From a virus (taxonomy: Duplodnaviria > Caudoviricetes), in IMG/VR virus record IMGVR_UViG_3300032226_000829: a stretch of DNA of 64,000 bases; one strand, given 5' to 3'. The position numbers and the translations under genes were made by a program. The notes under the pieces were generated by a model. It was not told the origin of the DNA. It did not search any database and was given only the letters and a program-made list of their open reading frames with translations. Below are positions 16,020 to 26,623 of this stretch, piece after piece. The number at the start of each line of letters is the position of its first letter. The first letter of the stretch is position 1.

Positions 16020-18692
16020 ATGAGTTACATAGACGCATTCTTCGATAGAAATCAAGATTTTATTCGTGTGGTAGAACGCAAAGAAGGCAAAAGAATCTAC
16101 AAAGAATATCCCATTAGATACACATTCTTTTATGAAGATGCCAATGGCAAATTCAAAAGCATATATGGCAATTCTCTCAGCAGAATTGTCAGCAAGAGCA
16201 CCAAAGACTTTCATAAAGAATTAGCCATCAATAGAAACAAAAAATTATTTGAATCCGACATCAATCCCATATTTCAATGTCTCAGTGCCAACTACCTCAA
16301 TCACGATGCTCCCAAACTGAATGTGGCATTTTTTGATATAGAAGCAGACTTTGATCCTGAAAAAGGATTCGCTGATCCCTCAGATCCGTTCATGCCAGTC
16401 ACAGCTATCACTGTGTATCTGCAATGGATAGACAGCATGGTGACTTTTGCACTGATTCCTAAAACCTTAACACTTCAACAAGCCAAGGATCAGACCAAAG
16501 ACACAAAGAATTTATATCTGTATGAGCGTGAAGCAGACATGTTGCAGGCATTTTTAGACATAATAGAAGATGTGGATGTGTTGAGCGGTTGGAACTCAGA
16601 AGGTTATGACATGCCTTATCTAGTGAATAGAGTCAGCAAAGTATTGAGTAAAGATGACACTAGACGTTTTTGTTTATGGTCACAGATGCCTAAAAAAAGA
16701 ACATTTGAAAAGTATGGCAGAGAACAAGAAACTTATGATTTAATAGGCAGAGTACACATAGACAGTTTGGAACTGTATAGAAAATATACCTATGAAGAAC
16801 GCCACACATACAGACTGGATGCCATAGGAGAAATTGAATTGGGAGAAACAAAAACTGTGTATGAAGGCACGTTGGATCAACTGTACAACAATGACTTTAA
16901 AACTTTTATAGAATACAACAGACAAGACGTGCAACTGTTGAACAACTTGGATAAAAAACTTAAATTTTTAGATCTCAGCAATGAACTAGCTCATGCCAAC
17001 ACAGTGCTGATGCAAACTACTATGGGTGCTGTGGCAGTGACCGAACAAGCCATCATCAATGAAGCACACAAAAGAGGATTGCAGGTTCCCAATAGACCAC
17101 ACAGATCCGATGAAGAAAACACCACAGCAGCAGGTGCCTATGTGGCATTTCCCAAAAAAGGACTGCATGATTGGATAGGATCCATGGACTTGAATTCACT
17201 GTATCCAAGTGTGATCAGAGCTCTAAACATGGCTCCTGAATGTGTGGTGGGGCAATTGCGTAACACCTACACAGAATCATTTCTACAGGATCAAATAAAT
17301 CTACAAGGCAAATCATTTGCGGCAGCATGGGAGAATAAGTTTGGCAGTTTGGAGTATGAATATGTGATGACTCAAAGACGAGACATGCCTATCACAATAG
17401 ATTGGGAGAATGGTACCACAGAAGAAAAAAGTGGCGCAGAGATTTACAAGATGATATTTGACAGCCACAAGCCCATCATGATCAGTGCCAATGGCACCAT
17501 GTTTACCACAGAGTTTGAAGGTGTGATTCCTGGATTATTAAAAACATGGTATCAAGAAAGAACTGAGATGCAGGCCATGAAAAAGAAAGCACAAAGTGCC
17601 AGCAATCAAGCAGAGATAGAATTTTGGGACAAAAGACAATTGGTTAAAAAAATTAATTTGAACTCACTGTATGGTGCCATACTTAATCCAGGCTGTAGAT
17701 TCTTTGACAAACGCATAGGACAATCAACCACACTCACAGGTAGAACCATCAGCAAACACATGGCAGCAAAAATAAATGAAGTGATCACAGGCACATACGA
17801 TCATTTGGGAGATGCTGTGATATATGGTGATACAGACTCTGCTTATTTCAGTGCTTATAAAGTTTTAAAGAAAGACATTGATGCTGGATTGATTCCATGG
17901 ACCAAAGAGAGTGTGATCAAACTGTATGATCAAGTGGCTGAAGAAGTCAACAACAGTTTTAAAACATTCATGGGTGAAGCATTTCATTGTCCCAAAACAA
18001 GAGCAGAAGTGATTCAAGCAGGACGTGAATCCATCAGTGAAACAGGATTGTTTATCACTAAAAAAAGATATGCTGTGTTGATATATGAATTGGAAGGCGA
18101 TCGTATGGATGTGAATGGTAAACCAGGCAAGGTAAAAGCCATGGGATTGGATCTTAAACGTTCAGACACTCCGGTGTTTGTGCAGGATTTTTTAAGTGAA
18201 ATATTACTGATGGTGCTGACCAAATCAGACGAAAAAGCAGTATTGGAAAGAATCAGCACATTTAGAAATGAATTTAAATTGCGTCCAGGTTGGGAAAAAG
18301 GTTCTCCCAAACGTGCCAACAATGTGGCAGATTATCAAAGAAAAGAAAAAGCACAAGGCAAAGCCAACATGCCAGGACACGTGCGAGCTTCAATCAATTG
18401 GAACACATTAAAACGTATGAACAATGATCGTTACAGTTTGGAAATTGTGGATGGCATGAAAGTGATTGTGTGTAAACTCAGAAACAATCCTTTGGAGTAC
18501 ACCAGTGTGGCCTATCCCACAGATCAATTGAGAATACCTCAATGGTTTAAAGAATTACCTTTTGATCACTCAGCCATGGAAACCACAGTGATCGATAGTA
18601 AATTGGGCAACCTGTTGGGAGTGCTGGATTGGGATATTCAAAGCACAGAAACAGGCAACACATTCAACACATTATTTGACTTTGGAGATTAA
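16020..18692 (+). CDS. Family B DNA polymerase (T4 gp43-like, 890 aa)
   Basis: ExoI FFDIEADF, ExoII GWNSEGYD, ExoIII YNRQDV; pol motifs DLNSLYPS, KINLNSLYG, YGDTDS, KKRY. Confidence 0.97.
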   Translation: MSYIDAFFDRNQDFIRVVERKEGKRIYKEYPIRYTFFYEDANGKFKSIYGNSLSRIVSKSTKDFHKELAINRNKKLFESDINPIFQCLSANYLNHDAPKLNVAFFDIEADFDPEKGFADPSDPFMPVTAITVYLQWIDSMVTFALIPKTLTLQQAKDQTKDTKNLYLYEREADMLQAFLDIIEDVDVLSGWNSEGYDMPYLVNRVSKVLSKDDTRRFCLWSQMPKKRTFEKYGREQETYDLIGRVHIDSLELYRKYTYEERHTYRLDAIGEIELGETKTVYEGTLDQLYNNDFKTFIEYNRQDVQLLNNLDKKLKFLDLSNELAHANTVLMQTTMGAVAVTEQAIINEAHKRGLQVPNRPHRSDEENTTAAGAYVAFPKKGLHDWIGSMDLNSLYPSVIRALNMAPECVVGQLRNTYTESFLQDQINLQGKSFAAAWENKFGSLEYEYVMTQRRDMPITIDWENGTTEEKSGAEIYKMIFDSHKPIMISANGTMFTTEFEGVIPGLLKTWYQERTEMQAMKKKAQSASNQAEIEFWDKRQLVKKINLNSLYGAILNPGCRFFDKRIGQSTTLTGRTISKHMAAKINEVITGTYDHLGDAVIYGDTDSAYFSAYKVLKKDIDAGLIPWTKESVIKLYDQVAEEVNNSFKTFMGEAFHCPKTRAEVIQAGRESISETGLFITKKRYAVLIYELEGDRMDVNGKPGKVKAMGLDLKRSDTPVFVQDFLSEILLMVLTKSDEKAVLERISTFRNEFKLRPGWEKGSPKRANNVADYQRKEKAQGKANMPGHVRASINWNTLKRMNNDRYSLEIVDGMKVIVCKLRNNPLEYTSVAYPTDQLRIPQWFKELPFDHSAMETTVIDSKLGNLLGVLDWDIQSTETGNTFNTLFDFGD

Positions 18693-19232
18693 ATGGCAAG
18701 ATACGGCATGGTAGATTTGGAAACATTAGGCACAAGACCAGATGCTGCCATATTGACTGTGGGTGCTATCAAGTTTGATCCACATTCAGACTCAGAACCC
18801 TACGAAGGTAGATATTGGAGATTAAATGTGGATGAACAAACAGCATTGGGTAGAACAGTGGACGAAGGTACCATTGAATGGTGGGGCCGACAGGCACCTG
18901 AGATACGTGATGAGGCATTGGGAGACACAGATCGTGTGATCATAGCAGACTTTGCCAAAGAATTCAACAAATGGTGTGTGGGATTGGATCAGCTGTGGTG
19001 TCAAGGTCCATTGTTTGATTATGCCATCATACAAAATTTATATGACCAAGCTCGCACTCCTGTGCCTTTCAACTATTGGCAAATCAGAGACAGTCGCACA
19101 CTGTTTGATTTGATGCCACAGGATCCTAGAAAGAGCATGCAGAGCAGTCTACACAACGCATTGGCTGATTGTTACTATCAAGCCAAATGTGTGCAACAAG
19201 TTTTTAAACATTTAGGAGTAAAGAAAAAATGA
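18693..19232 (+). CDS. DEDDh 3'-5' exonuclease (Rv2179c-like)
   Basis: MVDLETLG, GPLFD, RDSRT, HNALAD. Confidence 0.8.
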   Translation: MARYGMVDLETLGTRPDAAILTVGAIKFDPHSDSEPYEGRYWRLNVDEQTALGRTVDEGTIEWWGRQAPEIRDEALGDTDRVIIADFAKEFNKWCVGLDQLWCQGPLFDYAIIQNLYDQARTPVPFNYWQIRDSRTLFDLMPQDPRKSMQSSLHNALADCYYQAKCVQQVFKHLGVKKK

Positions 19233-19960
19233 AAATATTATTGACAGGACATCTAGGGTTTATAGGCAGTGCTTTGTACAATGAACTGATCAAAGAACAC
19301 ACAGTGATAGGCATAGACATCAAAGATGGCAAAGATTTATTAACTTGTGATTTGAATTACACAGTGGATCTTGTGATACATTTGGCAGGAATAGCTTCTG
19401 TAAGAGATAGTCTTAAAGATCCTTTAAAATACTGGCATAATAATGTGTTGGCCAGTCAAAAAGTATTTGATTCATTTAAAGACACAAGAATTATATATGC
19501 TAGTTCCAGTTCAGCTGTTGAACCATCATTAAATCCTTATGGATTTAGTAAATTTGCTCTTGAAAAAATTGCACCAAAAAACAGTTTGGGTTTAAGATTT
19601 ACCACTGTGTGGGCTGAAGATGGCCGCTCAGATATGTTTATGTCAAAATTATTTAAAAATAATATTCAATACATCACTAACCATCATAGAGATTTTGTAC
19701 ATGTGTCTGACATAATATCAGCAATTAAATTATTAATGAACAAAGACATCACAGGAGTAATGGATGTAGGTACCGGAATCAGCAACAGTTTAAAAATTTT
19801 GGTTGATTTAGCAGGCATCAAGAATTATGAATCCGAATTAGGTGACGTATATGAAAGAATGGACAATTGTGCCGATATCAAAGAATTAAGAGATTTAGGT
19901 TGGGAACCAAAAGTTAACGTGATTAATTACATAAAAAACAAATATCACTTGACTTCTTAG
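19229..19960 (+). CDS. NAD-dependent nucleotide-sugar epimerase/dehydratase
   Basis: TGHLGFIG, IHLAG, YASSSS, YGFSK (YxxxK), RDFVHV. Confidence 0.85.
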   Translation: MKILLTGHLGFIGSALYNELIKEHTVIGIDIKDGKDLLTCDLNYTVDLVIHLAGIASVRDSLKDPLKYWHNNVLASQKVFDSFKDTRIIYASSSSAVEPSLNPYGFSKFALEKIAPKNSLGLRFTTVWAEDGRSDMFMSKLFKNNIQYITNHHRDFVHVSDIISAIKLLMNKDITGVMDVGTGISNSLKILVDLAGIKNYESELGDVYERMDNCADIKELRDLGWEPKVNVINYIKNKYHLTS

Positions 19961-19977
19961 CCAGGCCTAAATATAAT
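19949..19977 (+). promoter_or_regulatory. sigma70 promoter with overlapping late TAAATA
   Basis: TTGACT (19949-19954), 17 nt, TATAAT (19972-19977); TAAATA 19968-19973. Confidence 0.85.
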
Positions 19978-20001
19978 GCATATAACACAACGGAGAACAA
20001 A

Positions 20002-20730
20002 ATGAAAGACATCTTACAAGACGTGGTAGCACACACTCATCAACTGGGGTTTTTGAGTCTAGTGAAAGTTACCAATGAAGAACAAACTAAAATTGAAAGC
20101 ATGGCTGAAGACAGATCAGTTATTCTTTCAGCAACAACCAATAACAAAGTGATGGAATTCACAGGCACATTTGGTATGCCTAACTTGGACAAACTATCAT
20201 TACATTTGAAATGTCCTGAGTATCAAAAAGATGCCAAATTAAATGTGGTCAAAGCCACACGCAATGGCGTGGAAATTCCCACACACATTCACTTTGAAAA
20301 TGCATCAGGTGATTTCCAAAATGATTACAGATTTATGAACACTGAGATTATCAATGAAAAATTGAAATCAATCAAATTCAAAGGTACATCTTGGAACATC
20401 GAGTTTGAACCAGCTCTTGCTAGTATTCAAAGATTAAAATTGCAAGCGGCAGCACACACAGAAGAAACTGTGTTCACAGTTAAAACTGAAAATAAAAATT
20501 TAATGTTTTACTTTGGTGATGCAAACTCTCATGCAGGAAGTTTTACTTTTCAAGCCAATGTGGCGGGTGAATTAAAACAAGGTTGGAGTTGGCCTATTCA
20601 ACAAGTGATTAGTATATTAAATCTTGATGGCAAAATCAAAATGAAGATTAGTGATCAAGGTGCTATGCAAATTTCTGTGGATAGCGGTATTGCTGAATAC
20701 AATTACATATTGCCAGCACAGACCAAATAA
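20002..20730 (+). CDS. Probable sliding clamp (gp45/PCNA-like, 242 aa)
   Basis: Size, two-domain alternating helix/strand pattern and C-terminal YNYILPA strand typical of clamps; replication-gene context; no diagnostic motif. Confidence 0.5.
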   Translation: MKDILQDVVAHTHQLGFLSLVKVTNEEQTKIESMAEDRSVILSATTNNKVMEFTGTFGMPNLDKLSLHLKCPEYQKDAKLNVVKATRNGVEIPTHIHFENASGDFQNDYRFMNTEIINEKLKSIKFKGTSWNIEFEPALASIQRLKLQAAAHTEETVFTVKTENKNLMFYFGDANSHAGSFTFQANVAGELKQGWSWPIQQVISILNLDGKIKMKISDQGAMQISVDSGIAEYNYILPAQTK

Positions 20731-20756
20731 ATTAAGGCAAGTAAAATAGTAAAATT

Positions 20757-22220
20757 ATGCACACTGACTTAACAGCACAGCAAAAAGACTATGCAGTGTT
20801 TCTGCCGGCGTTGAGCAGTTTCTATGCAAGAGATTTGGGCAAGGCCAGACATGAGAAGGATTATATCCTGCCTCACAGAATTCCGGCTGCTTTTAATCAT
20901 GGCATAGAAGGCATGAATTATCTTGTGCCCACCAACACATATTTTCATTACAGATGGCATTTGTACAGTGCAGGTCATGCTGACTTGAACATGGACAAAT
21001 TTAGTGCCAGAGATGACATCATAAGAAATCGAGATAGAAAAACCAGTTTTGTACTGGGTGATTCAGGAGGGTTTCAGATTGGTAAAGGAGTATGGGAAGG
21101 CAATTGGAAAGATCCCACTTGTCCTCGAGCCAAGAAGAAGCGAGAACAGGTGCTCACTTGGATGGATGCCAACATGGATTATGGTATGATATTGGATATT
21201 CCAGCATGGGTTTCACGTTCTCCAGAAGGTGCCAAAGCCAGCAATATCAACTCCTATCAGGAAGCAGTGGATGGCACAAGAATCAATAATGATTACTTCA
21301 TGAAGACTAGAACAGGTGCTTGTAAGTTTTTAAATGTGCTGCAAGGTGAAAACTTTCAACAAGCAGATGATTGGTATCAGCAGATGAAAGATTACTGCGA
21401 TCCTAAAAAATATCCCACAACTCACTTTAATGGTTGGGCAATGGGTGGTCAGAACATGTGTGATGTGCATCTTATATTGAAAAGATTAGTGGCATTAAGA
21501 TTTGATGGTTTATTAGAAAAAGGCATTCATGATTGGATGCATTTTTTAGGCACATCCAAACTGGAATGGGCAGTGCTATTGACAGACATCCAAAGAGCAG
21601 TAAGAAAATATCACAATCCAAACTTTACTGTGTCATTTGATTGTGCTTCACCTTTCTTAGCATCAGCCAATGGACAAATTTACACAGAAGTGGATGTCAG
21701 AGACAAACAAAAATGGTCATATAGAATGGCTGCCAGCATAGATGATAAAAAATATGCCGGTGACACCAGAGCATTTAGAGATGCTGTGTTACAAGAAAAG
21801 ATATTTGACAATTTTCAAGACAGTCCTATCAGTAAAAGATTACAGTTGAAAGATGTCACTTGTTATGCTCCAGGAGATAAAAACAAAGTGGGCGGTGATC
21901 CCAAAACATCTTGGGATTCATTCAGTTATACCTTACAAATGGCACACAATGTTTGGACACACATCAATGCTGTGCAAGAAGCCAACAGACAGTATGATGC
22001 AGGATTAACTCCACGCATGTTGGTGGAAGAAAAGTTTGATAAAGTGGCATTCAAAGACATAGTGGAAGCAATATTTGCCACAGACAACAGAGACACAGCA
22101 GAAGCAGTGATTGAGGAATACAGCAGATTTTGGATGAGTATCATAGGTACCAGAGGCGCCACAGGCAAAAAAACAGTGAATGCTTCAACACAGTTTTCTA
22201 ACTTATTTGAGGAGGTATAA
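20757..22220 (+). CDS. dpdA: DpdA/TGT-like guanine transglycosylase (487 aa)
   Basis: TGT-fold motifs GDSGGFQ, ILDIP, NVLQG, GWAMGG, HFLG, SFDCAS, AHN; sits with queD/folE/queE; canonical CxCxxC Zn motif not evident. Confidence 0.75.
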   Translation: MHTDLTAQQKDYAVFLPALSSFYARDLGKARHEKDYILPHRIPAAFNHGIEGMNYLVPTNTYFHYRWHLYSAGHADLNMDKFSARDDIIRNRDRKTSFVLGDSGGFQIGKGVWEGNWKDPTCPRAKKKREQVLTWMDANMDYGMILDIPAWVSRSPEGAKASNINSYQEAVDGTRINNDYFMKTRTGACKFLNVLQGENFQQADDWYQQMKDYCDPKKYPTTHFNGWAMGGQNMCDVHLILKRLVALRFDGLLEKGIHDWMHFLGTSKLEWAVLLTDIQRAVRKYHNPNFTVSFDCASPFLASANGQIYTEVDVRDKQKWSYRMAASIDDKKYAGDTRAFRDAVLQEKIFDNFQDSPISKRLQLKDVTCYAPGDKNKVGGDPKTSWDSFSYTLQMAHNVWTHINAVQEANRQYDAGLTPRMLVEEKFDKVAFKDIVEAIFATDNRDTAEAVIEEYSRFWMSIIGTRGATGKKTVNASTQFSNLFEEV

Positions 22221-22221
22221 T

Positions 22222-22416
22222 ATGAGTAAGAAAAATAAAAGTTTAAAGAAATTAGAACATGAGTTTGATTACTATCATAGAAAAACTGAAGAAATGGAAC
22301 AAGAGCGAGAACATGATAGAAGTTGGGAGAGTAAAGCATTATTAAAGAATTATAAGAAAATTAAACTGGCAATCAAAACACAGATAGAAGAATACAGAAA
22401 ACAATTAAAAGCATGA
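22222..22416 (+). CDS. Small coiled-coil protein (64 aa; start reassigned)
   Basis: GAGGAGG SD before ATG 22222. Confidence 0.75.
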   Translation: MSKKNKSLKKLEHEFDYYHRKTEEMEQEREHDRSWESKALLKNYKKIKLAIKTQIEEYRKQLKA

Positions 22417-23300
22417 AAACATTGGTTATAGGATTGGGTATTGGACAATTGTATGTTAGAGTCTTAACACAGTTGGGTCATACAGTATTCACAGTGGATC
22501 CTGATCAAAACAAACAAGCCACATTCACAAATTTAAAAACAGCTCTATTGGCTCATCCCAAATTGGATGCAGTGTTCATATGCACTCCTAATTATACACA
22601 TGATTCAATAGCTCAAACAGTTGCACCACACAGTAGAGTGGTATTTGTAGAAAAACCAGGAGTGCTTAATTCTAAAAGATGGCAGAGTCTTCAACTCACA
22701 TATCCAAACGCTAAATTTATCATGATGAAAAACAATATGTGGCGCACAGTGGAAGAAGAAATGCGTATTAGAATAGATGATGCTGAAGAAATACATATTA
22801 ATTGGATCAATCGTAATAGAGTGCCTGCACCAGGCAGTTGGTTTACCACTAAAAAATTATCATTTGGTGGAGTCAGCAGAGATCTTATGCCACATTTATT
22901 GAGTATGTTCATCTGGTTGAATCCTGATACATATTCTCAATATCAAATAGTTTCTTCCAATCGTAAACAAAATTGGAAATTAAGTGATCTTACTGATACA
23001 GAATATGGTGCAGTAAATTTAGATGGCACATATGATGTGGATGATTGGGCTGAAATGGTGTTCAATAACGGTAAAAAAACATTCAAACTTACTGCTGATT
23101 GGCGCAGTATGGACAAAGATGACAGAGCACTGCACTGTTATAAAAGAGAAAAATTAATTAAAAGTTTTGAACTAGGATTATGTCCTGAATCAGCTTATGC
23201 TGCAATGATTCAAGATGTTTTCAATAATATTAACCATGAAGAGTTTTGGAATCAACACAAGCAGTATGATGTGTGGATTCATAATTTAATCAATGACTGA
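22413..23300 (+). CDS. Gfo/Idh/MocA-family oxidoreductase
   Basis: VIGLGIG Rossmann, CTPNYTH, VEKP, DLMPH. Confidence 0.8.
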   Translation: MKTLVIGLGIGQLYVRVLTQLGHTVFTVDPDQNKQATFTNLKTALLAHPKLDAVFICTPNYTHDSIAQTVAPHSRVVFVEKPGVLNSKRWQSLQLTYPNAKFIMMKNNMWRTVEEEMRIRIDDAEEIHINWINRNRVPAPGSWFTTKKLSFGGVSRDLMPHLLSMFIWLNPDTYSQYQIVSSNRKQNWKLSDLTDTEYGAVNLDGTYDVDDWAEMVFNNGKKTFKLTADWRSMDKDDRALHCYKREKLIKSFELGLCPESAYAAMIQDVFNNINHEEFWNQHKQYDVWIHNLIND

Positions 23301-24201
23301 AACTAAACTGTTATACACCAAAGGAGATGGCATGTTTCATGAAGGAACCATTGACATTCCTGCAGTGAAAGATAATCAGATTCAAGTAAAAAATATCATG
23401 ACAGGAGTATGTCGCAGTGATGTGGACATGATGTTGGGCAAATTCAAAACATTACCATTAAACATGCAAGGTCATGAAGGATTGGCTCAGGTCACACAAG
23501 TGGGTGCTCATGTGCGAGATGTTCAGGTGGGAGATCATGTGGCTACCAGAGGTGAACCTGCTTATGCTGATATTTACAATTGTGATTTTGAAACTTATGT
23601 TAAAGTTCCCACAGCAGATCCCAAATACATTGTGGAACCTGTGGCATGTGGCATTAATGTGATCAAACAATTTGAAACTGCCATTGCTCACAAAGCCAAC
23701 TACAACAGTAGACTGCTGCTGATAGGCAGTGGATTTTTATCCTATGTGGTTTACACCTATCTAAAAATAAAAAATTATCATTTTGATATCACTGTGTTGG
23801 GCAATCATAACAAACAGTTTTGGGGAGATAAACTCACTCACAATGCTGAAGGCGTGTTTGATGTTATTATAGATTTGAACAACAGATCAGAGGTGTTTGA
23901 CAAGAACATGTTTAACACTGAAGCATTGTTGATACTGGCTGCTGAAAAAACAGAATCCATTCGCACTAATTTTGCTGATTTATTATGGAATGCTGTAACA
24001 GTAGGCTTTCCTAGTCCTAGAAATAAAAAATTTATAGAGTGCATGCGTGAAGCAGTGGAATTAATCTCTGCAGGCAAACTGGATGTGTCTAATTTTTGGA
24101 CCAAAGGTTACAGCAGAAGCACAGAGTGGAACAATGCATTTGCAGATGCTACAAATAGAAAAAATGGCTATGCCAGAGGTTATATAGATTGGAGAAAATA
24201 A
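23293..24201 (+). CDS. Zn-dependent medium-chain dehydrogenase (sugar/polyol type)
   Basis: GVCRSD, GHEG, EPVAC, LIGSG. Confidence 0.85.
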   Translation: MTETKLLYTKGDGMFHEGTIDIPAVKDNQIQVKNIMTGVCRSDVDMMLGKFKTLPLNMQGHEGLAQVTQVGAHVRDVQVGDHVATRGEPAYADIYNCDFETYVKVPTADPKYIVEPVACGINVIKQFETAIAHKANYNSRLLLIGSGFLSYVVYTYLKIKNYHFDITVLGNHNKQFWGDKLTHNAEGVFDVIIDLNNRSEVFDKNMFNTEALLILAAEKTESIRTNFADLLWNAVTVGFPSPRNKKFIECMREAVELISAGKLDVSNFWTKGYSRSTEWNNAFADATNRKNGYARGYIDWRK

Positions 24202-24722
24202 TGTTGGACACACAATCAAGAAAAAAAGTAAAATTTTTTATAGGCAAAGAAGTGGAGAACACTGCTATGAAAGATCAAACCACACTGTTTGTGGTGGGTG
24301 TACAAAACGTGGTGAATATTATAAAGTACATCATGCAAACTGATGTGGAACATGTGTATCTAGGAACCAGTCAAAGTTTTACTCCCAACTCCAAAGAAGA
24401 ATGGCAGGATTGGAATAATTTGATCAATAAATTATTGGAAGGTGGTTATTGGGTTACATTGGATTATGATGTGCAATATGCTGAAGAAGTCAGCAAAATG
24501 AACTGGCATCTAAACAATCACTTTATCAATATGATATCTGTCAAAATACCCAATATCAAAGTATTCAATGCCAACACAGTGATCAAATTGGATGATGTCA
24601 CTTGGGGTGCTACCAATACAGGAGTTTGGACACATGATTTGGAAAAATTAATGACCAAAAAAACCTATACAGATTGGAGTGAATACAAAGGAGATCACCC
24701 TATAGACATTGACAGTGATTAA
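24201..24722 (+). CDS. Hypothetical protein in the deazaguanine cluster (173 aa; start reassigned)
   Basis: taATG coupling to the dehydrogenase; alpha/beta pattern (HVYLG, WVTLD). Confidence 0.75.
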   Translation: MLDTQSRKKVKFFIGKEVENTAMKDQTTLFVVGVQNVVNIIKYIMQTDVEHVYLGTSQSFTPNSKEEWQDWNNLINKLLEGGYWVTLDYDVQYAEEVSKMNWHLNNHFINMISVKIPNIKVFNANTVIKLDDVTWGATNTGVWTHDLEKLMTKKTYTDWSEYKGDHPIDIDSD

Positions 24723-24750
24723 AAAAGTTGTTATACTATAAACCTAAATA
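24709..24750 (+). promoter_or_regulatory. sigma70 promoter plus downstream late TAAATA for queD-GT
   Basis: TTGACA (24709-24714), 17 nt, TATACT (24732-24737); TAAATA 24745-24750. Confidence 0.8.
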
Positions 24751-24759
24751 CTGAAACAC

Positions 24760-25161
24760 ATGAGCAATTTAAAATCTAAAATTTGGGTTACATTTCGCAG
24801 AGAAGGCATACACAAGTATCCTGCAGCATTAACAGATCCAAAATTAAAAACTGGTGATGAATATGATGTGAGTTTTTTGGGTTATCCTCACAGACACATA
24901 TTTCATTTTAAGGTGGCTATTGAAGTGTTTCATGATGATAGAGACATTGAGTTTATACAGTTTAAAAGATGGTTGGAAAACTTGTATGGCAAAGGCACAT
25001 TAGAGTTGGATTATAAAAGTTGTGAAATGATTGGCGCTGATCTTTATCAACAGATCAATTCAAGATATCCCAATAGAGAAGTCACAATAGACGTGAGCGA
25101 AGATGGTGAGAACGGTGCCACAATGACTTGGGCAGCCAATTCATCCATAACAATCAACTAG
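24760..25161 (+). CDS. queD: QueD-like 6-carboxytetrahydropterin synthase (T-fold)
   Basis: Zn ligand pattern EGIH...HRH and SCE glutamate; 133 aa; folE/queE context. Confidence 0.7.
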   Translation: MSNLKSKIWVTFRREGIHKYPAALTDPKLKTGDEYDVSFLGYPHRHIFHFKVAIEVFHDDRDIEFIQFKRWLENLYGKGTLELDYKSCEMIGADLYQQINSRYPNREVTIDVSEDGENGATMTWAANSSITIN

Positions 25162-25169
25162 GGCGGGCC

Positions 25170-26261
25170 ATGAAGATTTACATTGTGGATCTAGAAGAAG
25201 TAGAAACTAGATATACCAAACAATGGAAAAAATATCTACCCATTCAATTAAAAAGACACACCAATAATGAAATCCAAGTGATCAGCGGAGGAAATGCTGT
25301 GAAAAGTACCACCCCGGGTGCTTTTTTAAACTTTGGATTCACCAACATGTACAAGAGCAGACAATTGGAACAGATTGCTGAAATGTTCTGCAATGGAGAT
25401 ATCAAAGATGGTGATTATTTCTTATACACTGATGCTTGGAATCCCACAGTGCTGCAACTCAAGTACATGGCAGAATTATTAAATGTAAAAATTAAAATAG
25501 GTGGCATGTGGCACGCAGGATCATATGATCCACAAGACTTTTTGGGCAGACTGATAGGTGATAAACCTTGGGTGCGTCTGGCTGAACGCAGCATGTTTGA
25601 ATCATTTGATCACAATTACTTTGCCACTGATTTTCATATTGATATGTTCTTACACAATTTGATGGATCTGGGCAGACTGGCTGACAAAGAAACTGTGGAT
25701 CAAATGTTTCACACAGGCAAAATAGTGAGATCGGGATGGCCCATGGAATATTTGGATGCTGACTTGACTGGTTATAAAAACATTGAAAAAAAGAATATTA
25801 TTCTTTTCCCGCATAGATTGGCTCCGGAAAAACAACACAACATATTTCAAGATTTGGCAAAAGAAATGCCACAGTATGAATTTGTCACTTGTTTGGATCG
25901 TTGCCAGTCAAAAAATGACTATCACAATCTTTTAGCAGAAGCCAAATTGATTTTCAGTGCTAATTTACAAGAAACATTAGGAATCAGTTGGTATGAAGGT
26001 GCAGTATTAGGAGTTATTCCAATGATTCCTGATCGTTTAAGTTACAAAGAAATGGCTCAAGAAGAATTCAAATATCCTTCAGAATGGACAGAATCTTTTG
26101 AGCTGTATAAGAAACACAAAGATTTGTTAAAAGCAAGAATAGATGACTATATGATCAACTACAAAAAGTATGCTCCATTGGTACACAAACAAAAAATATC
26201 ATTGGCTGAAAACTTTTTTAGTGGCAAACAACTTTACCAAAGGATTACAAATGGAAAATAA
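25170..26261 (+). CDS. GT-B glycosyltransferase (GT4-like, 363 aa; start reassigned)
   Basis: WHAGSYDP, FPHRLAPEK, QETLGISWYEG (Ex7E), YKEM. Confidence 0.8.
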   Translation: MKIYIVDLEEVETRYTKQWKKYLPIQLKRHTNNEIQVISGGNAVKSTTPGAFLNFGFTNMYKSRQLEQIAEMFCNGDIKDGDYFLYTDAWNPTVLQLKYMAELLNVKIKIGGMWHAGSYDPQDFLGRLIGDKPWVRLAERSMFESFDHNYFATDFHIDMFLHNLMDLGRLADKETVDQMFHTGKIVRSGWPMEYLDADLTGYKNIEKKNIILFPHRLAPEKQHNIFQDLAKEMPQYEFVTCLDRCQSKNDYHNLLAEAKLIFSANLQETLGISWYEGAVLGVIPMIPDRLSYKEMAQEEFKYPSEWTESFELYKKHKDLLKARIDDYMINYKKYAPLVHKQKISLAENFFSGKQLYQRITNGK

Positions 26262-26622
26262 AACTTTAGAACAAAATCAACCAGACAGCACAACGTATAA
26301 AGTAGATATAAACTATCAAGCAAATGTGGGCACAAATAACATTGTGGCCAGCACAGTGAGCGTGCCATATGGATTTGGTGGATCAGGCAATGGTGTTACT
26401 ACCACAGGCATAGATTTTGAAGCAGATGCAATGAAAGGTATAAACTTTGAGGATTACAAACTGCCTATTATGTTTGAGGATATCATGCCTGAAATGCACA
26501 AAATAAAAGAAATGTGTGAGTTGTATCCGTCATTGGATATTGCTTTTCAAAAATTTAAAAATGTTTACAATATTGTGATAGATGATTATGACAATAAAAT
26601 GCAACTGAAAATGCCTTTTTAA
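26251..26622 (+). CDS. Hypothetical protein (123 aa; start reassigned)
   Basis: AAGGA SD before ATG 26251. Confidence 0.7.
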   Translation: MENKTLEQNQPDSTTYKVDINYQANVGTNNIVASTVSVPYGFGGSGNGVTTTGIDFEADAMKGINFEDYKLPIMFEDIMPEMHKIKEMCELYPSLDIAFQKFKNVYNIVIDDYDNKMQLKMPF

Positions 26623-26623
26623 T

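Noticed and set aside
16020-18692. Intein, intron or split in DNA polymerase (or ClpA)
   Set aside because: Continuous ORFs of normal length with motifs normally spaced
20757-22220. tRNA-guanine transglycosylase for queuosine
   Set aside because: Long, divergent TGT fold next to the clamp and polymerase, without QueF or QueA and with no clear Zn motif; a DNA-acting DpdA fits better, though this is not proven
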